64,000 nucleotides of DNA from Klebsormidium nitens (Eukaryota; Plantae; Klebsormidiophyceae). Below are positions 1 to 10,400 of the stretch, piece by piece; position 1 is the first letter of the stretch; each line of letters begins with the position of its first letter. Under the pieces are notes generated by a model, which saw only the letters and a program-made list of their open reading frames with translations, ran no database searches and had not been told where the DNA came from. The stretch is from NCBI GenBank assembly GCA_000708835.1, contig DF237029.1:86658-150657 (forward strand), read 5' to 3'. The translations under genes and the position numbers were made by a program.

Positions 1-344
1 ATAAAAGAGGATCTTTAATGAATGGCAGCACATTCTGTGAAACTCAAAAATGTGCAGGAGATACTCTGGGCTTAATTTTCGATGTTCCGCAATGCTTCTT
101 GGCCAGGGCGCAAGCGGCTGATCGTTGGATTCTAGGACATTGATGCCCCAACCTAACAGCCAAAAGATTATTTTCTTCCACATGATACTTTGGATGCATT
201 TGGGATGCATTGACTCGCTTTCTGCCAATGCCACCCAAACGACTCCATCAAAGCTGCACCCGGATGTCCCAGACAGAGAATTTTGATTCCTTGTCAATGG
301 TCCTGTTTCACAATCTCAGCACAATCATGGGTTGCAAAGCATAC

Positions 345-522
345 CTGTTACAACGACCCTGCGCTGAGGAGACAGAGGGGGAGGCGGAAACCCCCTGCTT
401 GCTGCCCCTGCATAGCAGCGCTCTGATGGTTGGAGTTTGCGAAGACAAGATGCTTCGGAAGAACTAAGATATTTCTGCACAGCTTTTCGAACGTTCAGGA
501 TGTTACGAGGGAGTTGATTCAT
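345..522 (-). CDS. Beta-ketoacyl-ACP synthase (KAS/FabF family, probably organelle-targeted), first coding exon; the gene continues off the left edge
   Basis: ATG at 522 opens a basic, Ser/Arg-rich transit-like peptide ending in PPPLSPQRRVVVTG, the typical KAS N-terminal motif. A GTATGC donor follows at 344. Confidence 0.75.
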
Positions 523-1402
523 CTTGCCGCGCTAAAATATTGCATACAGGTCAAACGCAGCCAAAGGCCGAGCGGCCATTTGGATTCCCAGCGGCAGAAG
601 CGTCCGCTGATTGCCACGAAAAGCTCAAGTTCCTAAACCCGAGCGCGAAGTCCATGCTATATATTATGCTTATGTCCCTGGATGCCGAAAGCTGACCAAC
701 ATTTTCTGAGCAAGGAGGAAATGAATCAGATGAACCTCCCTTCTGAAGAGCAGAGAGCGAGCTGAGCTGCGAGCTAGGAACTAGACGTGGACGCAGGACC
801 TCAACATCATGGCATGATCCGGCTTGTGGTACATAGTTGTACCGCACGTGAAATGCCGGTCAGCCAGGCTCTAGTTAGATTTGTCCGACTGCAGCCTGAA
901 GCCTAAGGGATCCCTCTTGGTCTGCTCGCAAACTTGCAACGAGCTGCTCACATTGAGTCACAAGTTCCGGAGCTAGGAGCCCGCTAACGTGGTGAGATGC
1001 ATGACGGCCGTGCATGCAAAACGCAGGGCATTCGTTTCAGAGGAAAGCTTTCTCTGCCGGGCACAATGACCTACCGTACCAAGGTTTCTGCTGCCAGTGG
1101 GAGGGTGGAGGAGGGATCTGTGAGTTCCTACTGTCGGGAAGAAAGAAAGCAGGCTCCTGTTGGATCCGGGTTTGCAAGGGAGCACGTCAGCTTCGAGTGC
1201 CTGCTTATCTGCAGCCTGCATCTTGCATCTCCCATCACGTCAGCAGCTCGTCATGGTGGCCGCATCGCTCGCCGTGCCCCAGGCGGGGTGCTCTTGGCTT
1301 CTCTTGGGAGGCCAGAGGGTTTCACCGACGCGGACGTGGACTTGTCAGCAGTTCCTAGTTGTTCCTCCCTCCCCTCCTAGCAGACGAAGCCTGAATGTGA
1401 AG

Positions 1403-4400
1403 ATGGCCCGCATCTCTGACCGCAAAGAGAGCAATGCCAGCATCTCTTACGGCAAAGAAAGCAATGGACGTCTGACGAAGGGGATCCCATACGCTGAGGC
1501 TGCGGAACGGAGGAGGAAGCTGAATAAGCCTACGCCGTTCGAGGACCAGCTATTGGACGCAACAAATGAGTTTCTGAACGTGTTGGCTTATCCGATCGGG
1601 CTTGGAGTTTTAGCAGCCTCGCTGCCTGCCATTTGGACTTACAGGCTGGTCTCGGACGCACTTTCGCAGCCAGCAGACATGACGGACAAGGTGGTCCTGA
1701 TCACCGGAGCTAGCTCGGGCCTCGGGGAGGTAAGCTGAAATAGAGGATTTGTTATGGAGAATGTAAGGGAAGGTCAACTGGGAGAAAGCCGTGCAGAGGA
1801 TGTTTTGGAGAGTAGCTTAGAGAAAGTCTCAGAAGGTTTCTTGATAAGCTGCAAGGAGATCTTCAAAGTGAGCTGGTGACGAGCCCATCAATGGGCTACA
1901 TCTCAAGCTTACTTAGTTCAAGGACCACGGATCCTTGTGAGCATGTCGGTTTCGGTTGAGTACCTTGCACCACAATGAGTTCCTATTGAAGTATTGGCAT
2001 CGAGGAGCGCTTTTTGTCATGTGGTAGAGGAAAGTTTTGAGCCTGCCTTGATTTTATCATCGTTCTTTGAGCAGTACGTTGTGGATATAGCTGTTTAGTC
2101 TTCTTAAGGAGTCTCCCTTCTTGATCGTGGCACGCCGCCACAGGCTTAATCAGGACTGCTTCTCACATTCTACTCCACAACATCATCTGGAGCAGACTCT
2201 GCAGAGCCTACTAACTAACTAACTTCTAACTAACTATTTAACTAGTTAACTTCTCTGACAAGTAAAGCAGTTTTGTTTGCCCTGCAGGACATGGCATATG
2301 AGTACGCCAGGCTTGGCGCCCGGTTGGCTCTCGTTGCGCGGAGAAAGGAGAAGCTCAAAGACGTCGCAGCAAATGCCTGGTGTGTCTACCTGCTCCATTC
2401 TGCTTTTGTTGATGCAGAGCAAACGGAGAGGGTGCAGTCGGTGCAGACGGTTTTCGTTTGTTGCTTTTTCGTAAATGATGGTTTATGCTTAAAGGGATCT
2501 CAATCAAGCCATCATACATTGCCAGTATCAGCTCACGGCACCTTGGCCTGGGTATAGGGGTTGCTTTTAATGGGACCCAAATATATCACTAGCAATCGGC
2601 AGCCCATGCCTCTGCCAGCCGTATAGGGTATCTATTACTGCACAATGAGACTCTCCCAGATCGTTTCATAAGTGGCAGACGCGCAGTGTGAGATTGCCGA
2701 GCTTTAGTGATTCTGGCAAGGCTGGGTTTGTGCCAGCATAGTTGGTTTTGGAAGGCCACAGCTTAAATGGAGTCAGAGTAAGAATGTTTGAAGGACTGTG
2801 CAGGGCTTTGGGTGCTCATGACGTTCTGGTGGTGGATGCCGATCTCGGGAATGAGGATGGGTGCAAGGACGCACTTTCCAGGACCCTCGGCCACTACAGG
2901 AGATGTGAGTGAGTTAGTGGTTCAATGGTGGTACCGAACAGGTTTTTTGAAACCATGGAATCCTGAAGCTTGGGCTAAGGCTGCTCTTTAATGCTTTGCA
3001 ACCGACGTATGCCTGGAAGGGAAGACTAATCCTGAGCTTAAGAAGCTCCGGAGCCAATTGCCCAATGATTTTGCAGCAGATTTCTGGGGAAGTGTCACTG
3101 AGGCCTCGTGTGCGCATGTCAACCTCAATGGTTGTCAACACTTTAAATCTGCTTTTTTTTTTTAAAATAAAGGGTTAATAAAGGGTTGAATATCAATAAA
3201 CGGTTGAAGCCTGCAAGCCTTGATCTCAATGACATTGGCAGTATTCGGCAGCGCATAATGGTGGGCTCTGCATCAGTTCTCCGATCTATCTTTGATCAGA
3301 TGATTGTTTGCGAAGTGAAAAGGGTTCCCCAATGGCGCCGAGGCACCATATCCTATGATGCTGATCAGATGAATGTTTGCGAGGTGAGAGGTTTTCCTAA
3401 TGCGCCGATGTACCGTATCCTATGATGCTCTCGCCGGCTTTTGTACTCATAAATATGCAGCCTGCTTCTGACAACACCCCGGTTCACTTTGCAGTGGACA
3501 CGCTTGTGAACAACGCTGGACTCTTCCCCAGCTTCTACTTTGAGTCAGCTGACTCGACGGCTGGATTCGACTCTATCATGGTAAGACCTTGCTTCAAGGG
3601 TTGCTTGGTCAATTGATCAAGGAACTGACGACGATTATGACTCGAGTTGTCGATGGGAGTGCATCGAGCTTTTGTCCTTTCCAACAGCTTCGGGTACTTT
3701 ATTGACCTACCATGTTCTCGTTGGATGTGTTCAAGAGTTGCTCGGTGAATCTCTTGGTGATGTATCTCTATGAGAAGCTCACTTTGCCGAGATTCAAACC
3801 CTGATCTGCAATACCCTTAACCCTGGATTATCCGCAGGACACCAACTTCTGGAGTTACGTCTACATGACGTACCATGCCCTTCCCCACCTCACGAGAAGC
3901 TCACTTTGCCGAGAATCAAACCTTGATCTGCAATACCCTTAACCCTGGGTTATCTGCAGGACACCAACTTTTGGAGTTACGTGTACATGACGTACCATGC
4001 CCTCCCCCACCTGCGGGCCAGCCAGGGCAACATCTACGTCACGGCATCCGTCTCCTCCATCGCCCCAGTGCCGATGAACTCCTTCTATAATGTACGTGCA
4101 TTTGCATAACGTATGTGCATTTCTATGACGTATGCGCATTTCTATAACGGATGTGCATTTCAACGGGACTTCTTTGGCTGTTAAGCTTGGATGGTTAGGG
4201 GCTGTTTATGGCTGGTCAGAGAATGGTTTTATGTCCAGCATTCAGACCTCGCTTTAACCAGCCCCGGCAAAAGGCTAAAGCCGGGTCAGATGTCCAATAA
4301 CCTGAGACTAAGTCTGATGAAAAGAAAAAAGACTGAGTGGTCCGCCTGGTTAGAAGCCAAAACTTGCTGTGAAATTGTACGAGACGTGACCCACTGTTGC

Positions 4401-6141
4401 TTCTTTGCGCGACCATTCTCCCTGGTATTTCGATTTTAGGGGTGTAGGGTTTCAGGATCTCCTGTGTCCATGTTTACGTAGGTTCAGGAAGGTCGAAAGA
4501 ACTGTGCACCAGTAGGGCTTCCGGTGAAGAGGCGGGGCGCCTCGCTTCGTTTGGTTCAATTACATCGCCCTGTATAGCAGTGCACTACCAAGACGTTGCT
4601 TGTTTGAGACCGACGTGTAGGTTATAGGGTTGATGAGCATCTTCTTGCAACTCAGGCAGGGGTGCCGAAGTGTAACTAATGCGATCAGGTGAATATCTAT
4701 AAGAAGTAAGCATGCTGTTTTTAAGAAGCACCTTTCCTAGAGCGTACGAGGAGGTGCAAGACAGTCTGACAAGTGTGCTTCTTCCGGTAAGGGTCCACAT
4801 ACGAAAGAGATTGAGCTTTTGTGGAAGCCATAAAGCTCAACCTCTTTCACAGGAAGGTTTGGCTGCTAACCAGGTTTGAGAACCAGAATCTTATATGGTT
4901 CTTTGACCAATATCCACATTATAGCCATGCTAAAAATGTGGTTACTGCTCGAGTCTGGTTATTGGACATTCAACCAGCTTCGAACCGGCCCGTAACCGAC
5001 TATGGTTAACCGCCAAACTTCCCTGTGTTTCTCTGAATCCAGGCCTCCAAGTCTGCGGTGGCGAGCTTTTACCACACGCTGCGCATTGAGCTCGGCCACG
5101 AGGTCCCTATCACCATCTTCTCTCCGGGCCTCGCCAAGTCCGAAATGACGGACGGCAAGTTCGTTCAACCGGACGGCAGTGTTGCGGACTACGAAGAGGG
5201 AATCAGACTGCGCAGGGTAAGCAGGGCCTTTTGGAGTTTTTAGTACCCCAGTGTGGAGCCAATTGGTGAAACTTACAACGTGGTTGATTCATTTGGAACG
5301 TATCAAATCCGTGACGTTTCATGAACTTGAACATTCTGCAGACGCGCTAGATTGGGAGACTGGATCCTGCTTCCGAATCTCGATATTCTCTTGCCCGTCC
5401 GAATTCTGATTGTTCAGGGAAAAGACCTTCTTAAGGACGCGGATAGTGGGCACGAATCTTGCAGACGTCCCGTCGTACGTTGGCTTTCTTGCTTCCGGCT
5501 GTGCTCAAGTGGGAGTAGACCTTTTATGCTTTGTTACCAGACTCTTTAGCATTCCCCAAAGAGAGTGACGTTGAAAGCGGCCTGCTTATGGTTTCTGAGG
5601 GCGTCTCAAGGCAGAGACACGGCATGCTACCTCTAAATCTCTCCGCGTTTGGTTGCTGTGTTGTCGCATCCCCAAAGCCCGTTGTTCACTCTTGCAGCAA
5701 AACGGGTTCGGTCTGGTGCCGCTCATGCCAACGAGCGCAATCGCAAAGGCGGCGGTTGACGCAACCCGCCGGAGGAAGCCGGACGTCATCCATCCCGTAT
5801 GGTACGGGCTCATAGCCTATTACCGTCTCTTGGCGCCAGAGCTGCTGGACCCCCTGCTGCGCACTGTCCTGCTCGGCGATGACAACGCCCCGACCAAAAT
5901 TATCCAAGATGCGCTCGGGGGGGGCATTGGCGAGCCCAACGAGGGGCAGCTGAGAGCGGGGGGGATGCGTGCACCGGGTCGTAGGGATTCGGTTGAAGCA
6001 CCCCAAGGCATGACGTCAATGCTGACCAACGGAACGCCAGGGAGGAAGGTGGCCCGGGACCCTGTGAGGCTCGGAGATAACCTCGACCACATCGTGTACC
6101 TAGGTATCAAGCACCTAACCAGGAGGCTTTGGTTTTTCTAG
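1403..6141 (+). CDS. Short-chain dehydrogenase/reductase, 11-beta-hydroxysteroid dehydrogenase/steroleosin-like
   Basis: Exons 1403-1729, 2288-2379, 2804-2904, 3495-3580, 3960-4091, 5043-5216, 5698-6141; all GT-AG and in phase. Motifs: VVLITGASSGLGE (TGxxxGxG), LVNNAG, catalytic YNASK (YxxxK) across exons 5/6, and an N-terminal hydrophobic Pro-containing anchor FLNVLAYPIGLGVLAASLP. Confidence 0.9.
2208..2260 (+). repeat. (CTAA)n microsatellite forming an array of CTAAC branch-point-like motifs
   Basis: CTAAC at 2211, 2215, 2219, 2226 and 2230; TTAAC at 2238 and 2246; CTGAC at 2255. The acceptor AG is at 2286-2287. Confidence 0.8.
3293..3429. repeat. Intronic tandem duplication, about 69 bp x2
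   Basis: The unit tgatcagatga...tatcctatgatgc starts at 3293 and again at 3362. Confidence 0.85.
3772..4012 (+). repeat. 122-bp tandem duplication spanning the intron 4/exon 5 boundary of the SDR
   Basis: gagaagctcactttgccgaga...cag|gacaccaactt...ccccacct occurs at 3772 and 3894, giving two acceptors: CAG 3835-3837 and CAG 3957-3959. Confidence 0.92.
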
Positions 6142-6183
6142 GGTTTCAAGCACCTAACCAGGAGGCTTTGGTTTTTCTAGGGG
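6107..6183 (+). repeat. 39-bp tandem duplication including the SDR stop codon
   Basis: tcaagcacctaaccaggaggctttggtttttctaggg occurs at 6107 and 6146. Confidence 0.9.
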
Positions 6184-7442
6184 TCTGATCGAAAGTCTGC
6201 AAACATATTTGTGTAAACCTAGTGTATATAACCAAGCGAAATCCTCTTGGCTTCGTGGGCCACGGGATAGGGCGACTAGGAAATGATGGGTTTGCTCACC
6301 TAAACAGGTACTCTTTATTGCGGGAATAACAGGCAGGGTGCGCATTTCGACAGCCGCGTCGAGGATTAGGCAAAGATCATTACCACGCTCTTGTACAAGC
6401 TGGCACGCCGACTCAAAGGGAGACCTCGGTCACCGAGTAGTCATACTATAAACCATACACACATAAACATACTATAAGAGGTATTCAGCTCTGCGTGTAT
6501 AAATTCAAGAAGCTACGTAAGACACATATTCACACCTTTGACATGGAGGCTGGTCCTGGTGAAGACGCTGCATGACGGCCTTTGAAAACGGTCACCTTTG
6601 AGAATCAGGCACCTCGGGTTTTCGATCCGATCGCAATACTTCCACATGTGATGGTTTCGTAGTATTAACAAACACTTTCCCGATATATCCAACGGGTGAA
6701 AAGACGCTGTTGAGTATCCTACTTTAGAGTGTAGACAATTCCTTTTTTCTGTCACCGCGCACGGTTACTCTAAATGTGCATGCGAAGAACCTAACACACT
6801 ACAATCCCCAATATGCTCGTACGTAAGCGAGTTTTTGCTTGAAAGGCCGTGAACCACGTAATGTCAAAGCATGCGGCTTGGAAGGTAGAGGGGTCACAGT
6901 AACCACGATAAAGTCAATTTGCCACAGTCCTTGTGCGCGGTATTCAGCCATAATGCATGACCTGGAGATTTTGCTGCGAAATTGGTCTCGAAACTGCACA
7001 AGTCCTACAGTATTTTTGACATTCAGAAGAGAACACTATAAGGTCATCACTCAAACTATGCTATACAAATAATGTATCACATTTCGTAGGTCAAGAACGC
7101 CTTCTATGTCCTCTTATGAAAGCCCTTCTCCGCATGCTCTTAGTGTTTTGTAAACACTATGTTAGGACTGATAACCAGAACGTTCAAAATGTCAAAGGTC
7201 TCGACTATGCTCTCTCAGCAAAGCGCTGATCTTATGATGGCGCTGATCCCTTCCATGGCTTGCCGCTTGCGGGTCTCTTATACTTGATCATATCTACACG
7301 CACACCGCTAAGCGATTTAACCCGACTAACCCGTCTAACGGACCCTCAGATCACAGCGGATGAACTACCGCCTTCCCGACCCCACTAACTCGCTTCCTGC
7401 TCACTAACCCCCTTTATTTCCGGAACTCCATTCGAGCCCAAC

Positions 7443-10400
7443 CTAATCGACCTCCTCCATCTTGCTGCCCTCGTCCGCCCCCTGCTCCTCAAGGGGCGGC
7501 ATGTCCTCATCCCCCCCGCCCTCCGCTTCTTCCGGCTCGTCAATCGACAGCCCCAGCTGCACCATGCGGTAGATGCGCTTCCCGAACGTGGTGGGGTCAT
7601 CCAGGCTGAAGCCTGACGTCAGCAGCGCCGTCTCGTAGAGCAGCAGGACGAGGTCCTTGACGGTCTTGTCGCCCTTGTCCGCCTCCGCGCGCTTGCGCAG
7701 CTCGTTCATGATCGGGTTCGTCGGGTTGATCTCCATTGTCTTCTTGGACGCCATGTACTGCGACTGGCTGCTGTCGCGCAGCGCCTGCAACAAGGGAGCG
7801 ACTGGCGTTAGCTTTTCACATGCAGGTTACCAAGAACTGATCAAGTAAAGCGTTCGGCGGAGTGTTTCAAACTTAAAACGGTTTTGGCATATCTTGGTCT
7901 TGAGCTAGCGCATGTGTCGATCTCAGAGATGCAACGAACTGGCGCAGGTGCCGCTTTCCCAGATGCAACAAACCACTGGATATTTAAGAGACGGCCGTCA
8001 GAATGCATCTGCCGGTGGGCTCAGCAAGGCCAACGAATCCAGATTGTCAACGAATCAGTAAGTCTTAACATCGAATAGAAACTCTGAGACGAACGCGTCA
8101 TCAAATGTGGGCCACGTGGCACCAGCACCAGGAAAGAGCGCAGACAACAAAGAGAGACCCCGCTGGTATCGACGACCCTCTTAAAACGTTCGGCTTAAGC
8201 GCGCGCGTCTTCGTCCAGGAAGATCAACCTCTCAAGAGGAGCAGCTCGGCCCTCACCTGCGCCTTCATGATGCGCTCCATGTTGGCGGACCAGCCGTACT
8301 CGCCGGTGACGAGCACGCAGGGCGACTCGACGACGCGGTCGGAGACGACGACCTTCTCCACGCGGTCGCCCAGAATGTCCTTGATCACCTTGCACAGCGG
8401 CTCGAACTGCGCCTTCAGCTCCTCGAACTTCTTCTTCTCCTCCTCCGTCTCCTCCAGCACCAGGCCCTGCGGACAGAAGCAAGCGTGAGCGACGGAACGA
8501 GGGCGGCGGAAAAGGAGTATACGGGAGCGGGCTTTGAAGCGCGGAATGTTTTGGGGGCTGCTGGAATGTTTTGGGGGCTGCTGGAACAAAGGTAAAACAA
8601 AATCTCTGGTTGGACACAAGGACCAGAGACGGACAATAGGTACCGTGCTCCTTCAAACTGAACGATGCTTCGCAACCTTTTCTGCGTCGCGCTAGAATGG
8701 TGGCAGATCCGAGGCCAGACAACAAGCGAGACCCATTGACCTGCCGCAGAAACGTCCAGCTCCGATTTTCGAACACAGCCTTCACTTGCGGTTCAATGTC
8801 GGGAAACGCAACACAATGATCGGCTCCACTTATGCTAAGGCTTACCTCCTTGGTGGCGGAGACGAGCTTGTGGCCGTCGTACTCCTTGAGCTGCTGCACG
8901 GCAAACTCGTCGATGGGGTCCGTCATGAAGATGACCTCGAAGCCCTTCTTCTTGAGCCGCTCCAGGAACGGCGAGTTCTGCACCGCCTTCAGGCTCTCTC
9001 CCGTGATGTAGTAGATGTTCTTCTGGCCCTCCTTCATGCGCGTCACGTAGTCCTTCAGGCTCGTCATCTGCGGCCACCAGTGTGAAGGAGCAGGTCAGTA
9101 GCAGCTGGAAAAGAGCGTTCTGAGGGGCCTCGTGGGCTTTCAACTGAAGGCCTTCCGTTCCTTTAGAAATCGCATCAGGATGTTTACTACCAGGGGGCCA
9201 GATGACCTTCGTGCTTCATGAATCAACTCCACGTTTTAAAAGAGTATCCACATGTTGTCTTGGCAAAATTCTCCAGAGAACAGCATTAGAAGACAGTTGA
9301 CGGTACAGCACACTCTTACAACATATTCTCCAGAGAACGTGCATTAAAGGACAGTTGACGGTACAGCACACTCTACGGTAGGGGAGAACCATACAGTCAC
9401 CGCAAACTCCGCTCGCAACTTCAGGCCTCACGTCCAGTGTTGCAGGAACATGATCAGAACTCACTTCGCCAAGGACACCGTCAAGCTGCAGATACCCAAG
9501 TTGCAGGAGAACGAAGCTAGATCTTTGAACGCAGCGTACCTCGTCGAGCGACTTGGTGGTATAGTAGCGCAGGAGATCGGCGAGCTTGGCCCGGTTCTGG
9601 CTGTCCTCGTGAATGCCCAGCTTCAGGTTCTTGCTGAAGGCCTCGTAGAACTTCTTGTAGTCCTCCTTGTTTTCCGCCAAGTCGTTGAACATCTCCAGGC
9701 TCTTCTTCACCAGGTTCTTGCGGATCACCTGCAACCGCACATGACGGTGCGTCAGACGTTGCTTCTAGAAGGAGTAAGAGCTCGTCCTAGTGCGAAAAGG
9801 CTAAACAAGCAGTTGACAATTCGAAACCGGCAAATACAAGCTGACCTAAGCAATCTTGCCGAGGTTTGAACAGAGTATCAACATTCAAGTATCAAGGAAA
9901 ACAAAAGAAGACCAACGTTGAAGGACCTCCAAATTCAAAATAGGTGTTACTTAGCAGGGTCTAGTGGTCATCAGGTTACGTATGCAGAGTGCACAAGATT
10001 GAGGAACCGCAGACGGGCAGGGAAAACGGAAACAGAGGAGTTCAGAAAATACAGGCATCAAGCGTCCAAAAATGTGACCAGAGTTTCCGTTCGTGTGACG
10101 CAAGCACGTCGACGCGATCAACACCTTGCTTTCAAAAGAACCGCTTTTCGTTGAACCTATCAAAAACGCCCGTCCACTATTGCGTTACACTCACCTTGAG
10201 GATCTTGTTCTGCTGCAGCATCTCGCGGGAGATGTTGAGCGGCAGGTCCTCGCTGTCGACGACGCCCTTGACGAAGCTGAGGTACTCGGGGATGAGCTCC
10301 TCGCAGTTGTCCATGATGAACACGCGCCGCACGTACAGCTTGATGTTGTTCGGCTTCTTCTTCTGGTCGAACAGGTCGAACGGCGCGCGCTTGGGCACGA

